This document shows, one piece after another, positions 1-7,983 of a stretch of 15,331 bases of DNA. The stretch is from an uncultured archaeon (GTDB lineage: Archaea; Asgardarchaeota; Lokiarchaeia; Sigyniarchaeales; Promethearchaeaceae). The number at the start of each line of letters is the position of its first letter. Position 1 is the first letter of the stretch. The position numbers and the translations under genes are program-made. The notes under the pieces are model-generated. The model ran no database searches. It was not told the DNA's origin and saw only the letters and a program-made list of their open reading frames with translations. The stretch is taken from contig CAYRPF010000075.1 of assembly GCA_964426185.1 (NCBI GenBank), positions 1 to 15,331 of the forward strand, read 5' to 3'.

Positions 1-42
1 TCTCTTGGAATAGTCGAAAAATAAAATATCTATGCGCCTTTG

Positions 43-783
43 TTAGTTGAAAATATTTGATTGAATCATTTCTGAAGGATTAACGATTTTTTGAGACAAA
101 TTCTCTTTAAAAGAAGGAAAACGTTTATGAAATGATTGAGTATTCAACATAGGCCAATCTCGAAAAAGAAATAGCGAACTAAGTGGTTTTTTACCAATTT
201 GTTTATAATCTTGTTTAATGGTATTTCTCAGAGCATCGAGATCAAACAATGAAATAATCTCGGAAGATGATAATACATCCAGAAACCTTATGTAATAACG
301 TAATAAATCATCGCTAGTGTCGATGTCGTTTTGAGATTTATATTTATGATAAATTGCATTTTCCAGCAAACATGGATAGGTTTGATGCTCCCACATGATT
401 ACATTTGTAAAAAGAATGAATAATTCTTCCATACTAAGTCTATAGTATATTGATTTATACAATATATTCATATCATCTAAAGGAATTTCTTCCTTATTAG
501 AATATTTCTGTTGTCTTCTAAAAGATTCAATAAATTCGGAATAATTACAATGGACAAAGGAACGCAATACTGTTTCAAAGAATTTCGTGTGATTGTCATA
601 TTGTAGAAAAATCAAAATAGCTCTGTATAAATAATCTTGCATTTGACGTTGACGTGATCGAGTTCGAGTGCAGTTTTTCCACTTTTCTGAAAAAGGATTA
701 CTTTTAGCGCGGTGACTATACTCCAACTCAAAAAAACTAATATCTAACAAGTCATTCATCATTTGGAATATTAATTCTTTCAT
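43..783 (-). CDS. Hypothetical protein (246 aa)
   Basis: Long ATG-started ORF in AT-rich DNA, divergent from the UPF0280 gene; no recognisable motif. Confidence 0.6.
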   Translation of the reverse strand: MKELIFQMMNDLLDISFFELEYSHRAKSNPFSEKWKNCTRTRSRQRQMQDYLYRAILIFLQYDNHTKFFETVLRSFVHCNYSEFIESFRRQQKYSNKEEIPLDDMNILYKSIYYRLSMEELFILFTNVIMWEHQTYPCLLENAIYHKYKSQNDIDTSDDLLRYYIRFLDVLSSSEIISLFDLDALRNTIKQDYKQIGKKPLSSLFLFRDWPMLNTQSFHKRFPSFKENLSQKIVNPSEMIQSNIFN

Positions 784-975
784 TCAGGTATTTCACCGTG
801 CTAGAATGGATAAAAAAAAATGGAAATAAGATTTCACACCTACTACTACTACTTAGCAACTTAGGAAATAAAAGCCTTACGTGTTTTTCTTCACTGATTG
901 TGCTAAATTTAGTGGGAAGATCATCCCAAAACCATAATTTAATTAAATAGGAATTTTATTAAGGAAATAATATAT

Positions 976-1770
976 ATGAGATTCGGTTCAAATCAACGCT
1001 TTTCGCATCATTTTCAATATCATAAATCAGATTGCACCATCATCACCGATGTTCAAGCCAAAATTAAAGTTGCCATGGATAGATTTCATCAAGATCTCTC
1101 AAATCTTGAAAAATTTGTGGAAGAACATCCGGATTGGAAAGATTCCTACTTTCCTGTGAGTATCAGTTCTTCTAATTCGCAAAATTCTGAAAATTCTAAT
1201 AAATCTCGCGATGCAATTATTTCACTGATGGAGGATGCTGCGAAATTAACGAATGTAGGTCCGATGGCAACAGTTGCAGGTGCTTTAGCCGATAGAATGG
1301 TTCAAGTTATATTAACAGAAATAGCAGGTGAAACTCTTCCTCGTGTGGCAGTAGTAGAGAATGGGGGTGAAATCTCCATCAATTCCCAAGAAGATATTAT
1401 TATAAATCTCCAAGTTCTATCTACTTCGCTTCAATCAAAACTCGGATTCAAGTTTATCGGAGGTTCACCGCCACTCGGAATAGCTACCAGTTCAGCTACT
1501 TTCGGACATGCTGATAGTTTAGGAGAAGCAGATGCCGTAGTCGTCTTTGCTCCTTCTGCCGCGATTGCTGATGGGGCAGCGACTTATATCTGTAATGCAG
1601 TAAAGGGAGAGAACAATCAAGCTGCGATTCAAGCAGGATTAACAGCTTTTAAGGATATACCAGATCTGTATGGAGTTTTTATTGTTAAAAATGAAATAAT
1701 TGCTCAGAAAGGAGAAATTCCCCCAATAGTTAGGATAACTGATTCAAAAAAGAAAGGATGTAGAAAATAA
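976..1770 (+). CDS. UPF0280 / ApbE-like protein (COG2122, MA1715-like sulfide assimilation factor)
   Basis: Family motifs VGPMATVAGALAD, VVENGGEI, GIATSSATFGHADSLGEADAVVV and ADGAATYICN; adjacent to a COG1900 gene. Confidence 0.88.
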   Translation: MRFGSNQRFSHHFQYHKSDCTIITDVQAKIKVAMDRFHQDLSNLEKFVEEHPDWKDSYFPVSISSSNSQNSENSNKSRDAIISLMEDAAKLTNVGPMATVAGALADRMVQVILTEIAGETLPRVAVVENGGEISINSQEDIIINLQVLSTSLQSKLGFKFIGGSPPLGIATSSATFGHADSLGEADAVVVFAPSAAIADGAATYICNAVKGENNQAAIQAGLTAFKDIPDLYGVFIVKNEIIAQKGEIPPIVRITDSKKKGCRK

Positions 1771-1775
1771 GTGGG

Positions 1776-1982
1776 TTAATTTAATGCTTGACGTGGACAT
1801 GCATCCAAGCAGAGTTTGCAACCATTGCAATTTTCTACATGAAAATGAAAATAATCATGTTCATCCATCTGCAAAGCCGAAAATTTGCAAATAGATATGC
1901 ACCATCCGCACTGAACACATTTTTCTGGGAAATATTCAATTGTTCGATGAAATTTATCAGTTTTACTACTCATTTCCTTCAT
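1776..1982 (-). CDS. 2x[4Fe-4S] ferredoxin, probable Fe-S partner of aspartate-semialdehyde sulfurtransferase (MA1822/MJ0099-like, no NIL domain)
   Basis: Two CxxCxxCxxxC motifs (CVQCGWCISIC, CNGCKLCLDACP); overlaps the 3' end of the COG1900 gene; GGAGG just upstream of the ATG. Confidence 0.85.
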   Translation of the reverse strand: MKEMSSKTDKFHRTIEYFPEKCVQCGWCISICKFSALQMDEHDYFHFHVENCNGCKLCLDACPRQALN

Positions 1983-3102
1983 AATCCTCCTGAGACAAAT
2001 TTTTAAATTCCGTTTCCCTTGGTAAGGGAAGAACGGGTGGACGGAACGAAATCACCCCTTGTTTGCTCCATTTCTTAAGAATTTTCGTAATTTGCCGAGA
2101 TTTAGCATATGAAGAAGTTGATGACACAGGTATTTGCTTTCCCTCGATTTCAATGACTCTGGATTTCAACTCCTCATAAGAAACTTCTCGCAACAAAGGA
2201 CGTTCTCTTTCTCTGGTAGAATAATCTAATACTGAAGTGAAAATTTCGCTATCCGGAGTTCCACACGTTCGAGCTAATCCTTCGTTTATTATCGGAATGG
2301 GAATTCCCAACCCAATAAAACAACTTGAGCCATATCCTGAAATTGCTGCACCCGCAATAAATTCAGGTGACATTTCTTTTAAATTTCCGGTTACCATGAT
2401 ATTTCCCATCTGAGATCTCGGATTATGCTGAGTGCCAGGACCAATAATCGTTCCTAAAGCACCTCCTAAGAATATTGAAGTTCCGAGACCAATAGTTTGA
2501 TAGGTGGGATCGTTATTTAGAGGTGACATTGTGCCCACTCCTCCATAAGCCCCATTTTGAAGATTTGGTAGAAGTTTACCCATATAAGTATATAAAATTT
2601 CACCAGAATTATTAACTGCACAAACATACCGTTGGTAAGCATTACGAGGGTTTATCATAATTGCTTGATTAAAATTCTTTAATTTCAGACGGACATTTAG
2701 AGATTTTCGGGGATAACAATCAGTTCCCGCGCCGGTAACTTCAATTTGTACGGATTTTCTCCTTAATAAACTTTCCAGAACATGACCTCCACCAAAATTT
2801 TCGTTTTCTGAACTAGTTTGAGTAACCCCTAAGTAAAAATCTGCGGCAGCATTTCCGTGATAGGCATTAATTCCATCAATTACAACTGTTTCCATTTTTA
2901 TGGGAGGATCTGGTTGAGGAATATTGAAAAAAACACCACTTGAGCACATACATCCAAAAGTGCCTGTGGTTACCACATCTACTTCTTCAGCAGCATATTC
3001 CACCCCTTCATTTTCAACTAATTCAACCATTTCTTCTGCTGTCAAAATGACTGCGACGCCATCTTTAATTTTTTTGTTAATTTCTTCATATGTTTTGGTC
3101 AT
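1966..3102 (-). CDS. Homocysteine biosynthesis protein / L-aspartate semialdehyde sulfurtransferase (COG1900, DUF39; MA1821/MJ0100-like), without CBS domains
   Basis: N-terminus KTYEEINKKIKDGVAVILTAEE, VDVVTTGTFGCMCSSG, GGGHVLE, GTDCYPR, NPRNAYQ, YTYMGKLLP, SPLNNDP, GTQHNP; GGAGG SD and ATGA overlap with the aspartate kinase stop. Confidence 0.92.
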   Translation of the reverse strand: MTKTYEEINKKIKDGVAVILTAEEMVELVENEGVEYAAEEVDVVTTGTFGCMCSSGVFFNIPQPDPPIKMETVVIDGINAYHGNAAADFYLGVTQTSSENENFGGGHVLESLLRRKSVQIEVTGAGTDCYPRKSLNVRLKLKNFNQAIMINPRNAYQRYVCAVNNSGEILYTYMGKLLPNLQNGAYGGVGTMSPLNNDPTYQTIGLGTSIFLGGALGTIIGPGTQHNPRSQMGNIMVTGNLKEMSPEFIAGAAISGYGSSCFIGLGIPIPIINEGLARTCGTPDSEIFTSVLDYSTRERERPLLREVSYEELKSRVIEIEGKQIPVSSTSSYAKSRQITKILKKWSKQGVISFRPPVLPLPRETEFKNLSQEDYEGNE

Positions 3103-4628
3103 ATGATTTCCTCCTTTTTTTCATTTTGCTGAGGGATAGTTGAGTTATTACTTTTTTGATCTTGGTTGTTTAAATTTTGATTCTGATGGTTTCCTAGAGA
3201 ATAGGATAAATTAATCGCGTTTGCAATTTCAGTAACATTAATACGCGGAACTACCACTGATACCGTGATTCCTTGATAATCTTGTAAGATTCCATGAGCA
3301 GAAATACCCGAATGTTGCAAAATTTTACCAATTTTTGCAATAATTTCTGCTTGATGTTTCTGATCGGTAATAATTGTAATGATTCCGGCTGGTTGTGCAT
3401 AAATTTGTAGCCATTCTTCTGGGATATGTCCGTTTTTTTGGAATTTTTTTAGTTTCTCCTTCATATCAATATCGATCGTTGATATAAGCAGTCGGTTTTG
3501 TGAGTATGATTGCTGAAGGAGGGACAACTGTAGTTTATTGTGGTTACAAAAGGAGAATAATTCTTGCATAAATGCCATTTCATGAAACAAAAAAGGAGAT
3601 TCTAATATAATAAGATAAGCATTCGCATCTATTTCAATTCCTTTAATTGGAAGACTTACTTTTGATGAAGAAATTAATGTAAATTCAGAACTCTCGGGTT
3701 GACGAAAAGCACGTAGTTCGATGGGGATTTGTTGGTTTTCTATTATGCTGATGCATTTTGGATGTAAAATTTTTGCGCCCAGCACTGCAATTTCCTTAGC
3801 TTCTGTATAATTTAATCTGGAAATCAAATGGGGTGCTTGAATATATTCCGGATTACCAGAAAGTACTCCAGGAACATCCTTCCAAAGAATAATACGGCCG
3901 TTTTCAAATTTTTGAGCATCATGAAGCATTCTCGCTATAATCGTAGCTGTAAAATCGCTTCCCCCTCTTCCTAAAGTTGTCGTGTAGCCGATTTCATTTC
4001 TCCCAATAAATCCCGTAATTACCAAAATTTGGTGATTCCAATTGTTATCAAGTAATGGTACAATTTTTTGAATGATTCGAGCACGAGTATGTTCTAAATC
4101 TGGCACTGCTTTATTATACTCGCTATTTGTGATTATCAAATCTTCCCCAAAAAAAACTTTTGAAGAAAAATTTTCTTGGGAAAGGAATAAATGAACTAAG
4201 GTTGCACACAATTTTTCACCAAATGACATGATATAATCGATAAAATAGGGAACAATGCCGAATTCTGCCACTTCTTCAAGAACAGTTGAAAGATCATGCA
4301 GTATTCCTTGTAATTCTCCTTTTGCAGAGTTTGTTACCTTTAAACTTTCTTCAAATAGATTATCAATAAATTGCTCGTGGATTTCTTCTATTTTCTTTAT
4401 ACGAGCGATTACTTGATGGTCACACCCAGTGCTCGCTAAATGGGTTAATTCTATCAACAAATCTGTTACACCTTTTAAAGCAGAAACAACTACGATAATA
4501 GTGGTAGGTTTTGATTCTTTCTTGAAGTAAGACGTGAGAATTTGCTTAATTTGACTGAAATCTTCAGGTTGGGAAAGACAACTTCCGCCAAATTTCATAA
4601 TTACATTATATTTATTTTGTGTATTCAA
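3099..4628 (-). CDS. lysC: Aspartate kinase
   Basis: MKFGGS, VVVSA, TTTLGRGGSDFTA, WKDVPG and GAKILHP motifs; divergent ACT-like C-terminal region. Start is TTG overlapping the asd TGA; the ATG at MKFGG is an alternative. Confidence 0.93.
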   Translation of the reverse strand: MNTQNKYNVIMKFGGSCLSQPEDFSQIKQILTSYFKKESKPTTIIVVVSALKGVTDLLIELTHLASTGCDHQVIARIKKIEEIHEQFIDNLFEESLKVTNSAKGELQGILHDLSTVLEEVAEFGIVPYFIDYIMSFGEKLCATLVHLFLSQENFSSKVFFGEDLIITNSEYNKAVPDLEHTRARIIQKIVPLLDNNWNHQILVITGFIGRNEIGYTTTLGRGGSDFTATIIARMLHDAQKFENGRIILWKDVPGVLSGNPEYIQAPHLISRLNYTEAKEIAVLGAKILHPKCISIIENQQIPIELRAFRQPESSEFTLISSSKVSLPIKGIEIDANAYLIILESPFLFHEMAFMQELFSFCNHNKLQLSLLQQSYSQNRLLISTIDIDMKEKLKKFQKNGHIPEEWLQIYAQPAGIITIITDQKHQAEIIAKIGKILQHSGISAHGILQDYQGITVSVVVPRINVTEIANAINLSYSLGNHQNQNLNNQDQKSNNSTIPQQNEKKEEII

Positions 4629-5803
4629 AATTTTGACCTCCCAAATAATTTCTTCAAATATAAATATTCGGCATTAAGAACCGCACCTCTGCCAGCCCCA
4701 AGTTCTGTATTATGAGAGAGAACGGTCATTTTAAACCCATTGTTGAAGTTAGAAGGTTCCAAACCTCCAATAAAGGTGGTCATGCCATGATTATCCGAGG
4801 ATAAATCGATTCGAGGTTGGGGACGATCTTTGTATTCTGATGAAAACACCATAATTGGGGTTTTTGGATAATTGAGAAGGCTTTTTCTATCAATTTCTGT
4901 CATGTCATCAGTTCCTTGAAAGTCTTGCAAGCATTTACGAATCTCTATTTCAGTCGCTGTTTTGATAGTCTGGAAGAAGACAGATATCATATGACCTTCC
5001 AGTACTGGGACACGATTGCATTTAACATCTACGATGAAATCTGGGATTGAAAATAATTCTTTGTTCGTCTCAAGTTTTGGGATTTTCGCAAAGATTTTCT
5101 TCAATTCTATCCGAACTTTCTGCTCTTCTTCAGGAATATAGGGTATTATGTTGCCTAATATATCATAAGAACTTATTCCCCCATAGCCTGCCCCGCTAAC
5201 GGCTTGCATAGAAACTGCAGTGACATTTTTCAATCCAAATGTCTTAAAAATTGGATACAATGCCACCGCTAGACCTACTGTGGTGCAATTCGGACCGGGA
5301 CAAATAAAACCATCACTTTTGTTTTTTTGTTGTTGCAATCGAAGTAAATCTGCATGATGTCCGTTAACAATAGGTAAAAATATCGGAATATCAGGTTGAT
5401 ATCGTGCCCATGAGGCTGTAGAAAAAACAGGTACCTTTTTAGCCAGTTTAGACTCGATTAAAGCCGCTTGCTCTGATGGAATTGCTGAAAACACCAAGTC
5501 AATTTCATTGATATCAAGATTTTCTACCGATTTTACTGGTATATCTGCAATTTTCTTGGGTATTTTTTTGGCAGTGGCAGATCGTCTGGCCTTTGAATAA
5601 GGTAAACCAACTGTTCCTAATCCATGAAGGGAGAAAATTTCGAACCAAGGATGGGAAATTAAAGAATCGACTATTGATTGCCCTGCCAATCCTGTACATC
5701 CAATTATAGCTGCTTTCAGTTTACGAGGGCTAGTTATAGTTACGGATTTTTCTTTTTTTTCAATTTTAGGAATTTTTTCCAATTTATTTGCCTGTAAATC
5801 CAT
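4625..5803 (-). CDS. asd: Aspartate-semialdehyde dehydrogenase (archaeal/fungal type)
   Basis: IIGCTGLAGQ nucleotide-binding motif, catalytic PNCTT, QAVSGAG, CNRVPVLEGH, DRPQPRID, SHNTELGAG. Start placed at ATG 5803 (AGGTG SD-like upstream) rather than the GTG at 5890. Confidence 0.95.
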   Translation of the reverse strand: MDLQANKLEKIPKIEKKEKSVTITSPRKLKAAIIGCTGLAGQSIVDSLISHPWFEIFSLHGLGTVGLPYSKARRSATAKKIPKKIADIPVKSVENLDINEIDLVFSAIPSEQAALIESKLAKKVPVFSTASWARYQPDIPIFLPIVNGHHADLLRLQQQKNKSDGFICPGPNCTTVGLAVALYPIFKTFGLKNVTAVSMQAVSGAGYGGISSYDILGNIIPYIPEEEQKVRIELKKIFAKIPKLETNKELFSIPDFIVDVKCNRVPVLEGHMISVFFQTIKTATEIEIRKCLQDFQGTDDMTEIDRKSLLNYPKTPIMVFSSEYKDRPQPRIDLSSDNHGMTTFIGGLEPSNFNNGFKMTVLSHNTELGAGRGAVLNAEYLYLKKLFGRSKF

Positions 5804-5904
5804 TAAATTCACACCTTTATATTTTTTTTTAAGATTTTTAACCGAATTTGTAATGTAGATAGGCGATACTGAAAGTTTCAGAAAATACACGACACTTAAA
5901 ATTA

Positions 5905-6095
5905 ATTAACCTAGATTCCATCGCCCCCCCCATCTGGCGACAGATCATCAACATTTTTCTAAAAACAGAGAACGAGCGATCGAATTTTGATTCCTTAATT
6001 AAAGTGCCTTTGCCATAGCCATCATACTGACTATGGCCCAGCGCATCGGGAACATGGAAAATTTATCCCACTTGCTGCCCATGTATAAATCTAGG
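5905..6095 (-). promoter_or_regulatory. Structured, GC-enriched 5' leader of the asd operon (candidate attenuator/riboregulator)
   Basis: Hairpin 6012..6037 (10 bp, one G-U), hairpin 5918..5943 (8 bp, two G-U), long-range pairs 6088..6095/5910..5917 and 6048..6059/5916..5928. The G-U pairs form only on the minus strand. Confidence 0.55.
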
Positions 6096-6145
6096 AACTT
6101 TAAAGAATCGGATCGCATTATTAGGTTCTTATTGGAAGGCATCAT
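5999..6145 (-). CDS. Putative Met-rich leader peptide / uORF (48 aa: MMPSNKNLIMRSDSLKFLDLYMGSKWDKFSMFPMRWAIVSMMAMAKAL)
   Basis: Hand translation, below the ORF-track cutoff. 9 Met in 48 codons, all ATGs in frame, upstream of the homocysteine operon. True start may be M1 (6145), M10 (6118) or M22 (6082). Confidence 0.55.
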   Translation of the reverse strand: MMPSNKNLIMRSDSLKFLDLYMGSKWDKFSMFPMRWAIVSMMAMAKAL

Positions 6146-6164
6146 TTAAGAAATTAATGAAAAT

Positions 6165-6509
6165 TCAGCCACCACCAATTGGCGGGAAAATGGCTACTAC
6201 TGAATTATCCTTTACAATGGGTGTATTCAATGCTTGCTCAGTGAATAAAATGCGTCCATTTAATATAACTTTAAAATATTTGCGTAATATTGGAATTGGT
6301 TCGGAAAAATCTATGATTTCTTGGAGGAATTTTTGACTTTGAGGAAGAGATCGAGCAATATCTTGCAAAAGTGCACCAATAGTATCCCCCTTTTTAATAA
6401 TATAAAAATTCTTCTTGAATTGGGTCAGATCGCGTAAATTAGCAAATACTCGCACTTCTACTTTTATATCGATTTGATCTTGATCAGGATTGACATTCAT
6501 TCGATTCAC
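6165..6509 (-). CDS. moaD: MoaD/ThiS/SAMP ubiquitin-like sulfur carrier protein
   Basis: VEVRVFANLRD N-terminus, VILNGR, C-terminal VAIFPPIGGG diglycine end; downstream of AOR and its maturase. GTG start, with ATG 6500 as an alternative. Confidence 0.88.
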   Translation of the reverse strand: MNRMNVNPDQDQIDIKVEVRVFANLRDLTQFKKNFYIIKKGDTIGALLQDIARSLPQSQKFLQEIIDFSEPIPILRKYFKVILNGRILFTEQALNTPIVKDNSVVAIFPPIGGG

Positions 6510-6515
6510 TTCACT

Positions 6516-7889
6516 TCATGATTTTCTTCTATTTGAATTGAAATCAAACAAACATTTTACAAAACCCGTACTATATGGACATTCATTGCATCCCGGTTGA
6601 TTCCCATAGCAATCTCCCGTATTGTCTGAGATATAATAGCAGTTTTGGGTTGAATAGACACAATCTCCGCAATAAGGGACTTTAGTTGAAATTGATGTCA
6701 AGATTGAATGAAGTTCAAGTACTTTTTTACATGAAGTTTCGGGATCTGCGATACTTCCTAAAATATAAGGATGAATTATGCGTTCATGATGATTAATTAT
6801 CATTGAATGTTCATGCCCAAAATTATAACATGGAATAATACTACCATCATAAGTAATAAATAAGGCATTTCGTGCTGCAAATGGGCATTCTCGTTTAGTT
6901 GACTCTGCAAATAATGGCGGTAGGTCAATTTTTATTCTCTTTTGTTCAGCTAATTCGGATAAATATGTAAACATTTTTTTTGCTTCTAAGATCGAATACT
7001 TTTTCGTTTGAACATCGGTAATTTTATGTAGATCTAATTCAATTTCCTTATTCTTGATCATTTCGATAGTTTGGAGTAGTTTTTTGATTTGAGAATGCTT
7101 ATCGGCAATTAGAATTTTATGATATTTTGGTGTTAATATAATTTGATCTAAGATTTCCCATCCAATTTTCCCTATTTCATCCAAAATACGGAAAGCTTCC
7201 TCAGATATTGGCAAAAAAATAGATTTTCTTTCCATATCATTTGTATAAGGCAAGAGATGAGAAAAAAATATTTGGGGTATTCCGTTTTTGGAACAAAAAT
7301 CTATTAGAAAGGGGAGATCATATAAATTCTCTTTTGATATGATGGTTTCAATTGCTATTTCTCCTATTTTTCCTGCGTGATATTCATTAGCAAGATAAAT
7401 CAAATTGTCAAATACTTCATTGGTAAAACCTTCTCTCATTTGTTTGATTTTGGCAATAAATGGTGAATCAATCGACACTATAATACGGTCGATGTGATAT
7501 TGAAGGATTAAATTGAGATACTCAGAAGTTAAAAGCGAACCATTCGTAGTAAATTCCAATTTTGCTTTATGTGGTAGAAATTTTCGGGAAATCTGCAAAA
7601 TCGATAAAAAATCAGGATGGGTTAATGGCTCTCCTACACCATACAATATTAAGTGTTCTAAGGTCGGAAATAAACTTTCAGCAATTTTCTCAAATAAATC
7701 AATTGACATCTCCTGACTGATTAGTGAGTTTTGGGCGTGTAAGCACATTTTGCACTCAAAATTACACTTAGTGGTAATTTCCACCTGCAAAGTTTTCAAT
7801 TCAAATGGATTGGATGAATTTTTAGCAGATATATTTGATTTTCCTAATACCTGATGAGAAGAGTTTAAATTCACAGCTGGCAACTCCAT
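6516..7889 (-). CDS. Radical SAM/SPASM protein, probable tungsten-cofactor oxidoreductase (AOR) maturase
   Basis: CNFECKMC (CxxxCxxC), GVGEPLTHP, FTTNGSLL, and a Cys-rich C-terminus (ECPF...IIPCY...CGDC...C...DCYGNQPGCNECPYSTGFVKC); located directly after aor. Confidence 0.85.
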   Translation of the reverse strand: MELPAVNLNSSHQVLGKSNISAKNSSNPFELKTLQVEITTKCNFECKMCLHAQNSLISQEMSIDLFEKIAESLFPTLEHLILYGVGEPLTHPDFLSILQISRKFLPHKAKLEFTTNGSLLTSEYLNLILQYHIDRIIVSIDSPFIAKIKQMREGFTNEVFDNLIYLANEYHAGKIGEIAIETIISKENLYDLPFLIDFCSKNGIPQIFFSHLLPYTNDMERKSIFLPISEEAFRILDEIGKIGWEILDQIILTPKYHKILIADKHSQIKKLLQTIEMIKNKEIELDLHKITDVQTKKYSILEAKKMFTYLSELAEQKRIKIDLPPLFAESTKRECPFAARNALFITYDGSIIPCYNFGHEHSMIINHHERIIHPYILGSIADPETSCKKVLELHSILTSISTKVPYCGDCVYSTQNCYYISDNTGDCYGNQPGCNECPYSTGFVKCLFDFNSNRRKS

Positions 7890-7934
7890 TGAATTAAAAA
7901 AGTAGTACTATAAAAATTCGCTGTTGATATTTTT

Positions 7935-7959
7935 AAAAAAGTGAAGGAAAAAATTTCAC
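7935..7959 (-). terminator. Possible terminator after aor
   Basis: Minus strand GTGAA-ATTTTTTCC-TTCAC-TTTTTT: 5-bp stem plus U tract, about 25 nt after the aor stop. Confidence 0.3.
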
Positions 7960-7983
7960 ATATACATTTTTTTTATTTGGAAT

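Noticed and set aside
840-853. (CTA)n microsatellite in the divergent promoter region
   Set aside because: Too short to support a phase-variation claim.
1098-1112. CTCAAATCTTGAAAA matching the methyltransferase repeat unit
   Set aside because: Both encode Ser-Asn-Leu-Glu with common codons; likely coincidence.
1788-2006. 72-aa plus-strand ORF
   Set aside because: Antisense shadow of the ferredoxin gene.
2924-3106. 60-aa plus-strand ORF
   Set aside because: Antisense shadow of the COG1900 gene.
5514-5699. 61-aa alternate-frame ORF
   Set aside because: Nested within asd, with no motif.
5804-5890. 29-residue N-terminal extension of Asd from GTG 5890
   Set aside because: A-run, non-homologous sequence; the ATG at 5803 has an SD-like AGGTG.
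5965-5972. ACAGAGAA, resembling the METTL16/U6 target nonamer UACAGAGAA
   Set aside because: It lies on the plus strand, antisense to the operon transcript, lacks the first U, and is short enough to arise by chance.
5905-6100. Assignment of the leader to a known riboswitch (SAM-I, SMK/SAM-III, lysine, fluoride, Moco/Wco, T-box)
   Set aside because: Only fragments match (GUUCCCGA and CGCCAGAUG resemble SMK, CCCGAUG resembles SAM-I, GGCGAUGG resembles fluoride). Other core motifs are missing or out of order; an Rfam scan is needed.
7513-7716. 67-aa plus-strand ORF
   Set aside because: Antisense to the radical SAM gene.
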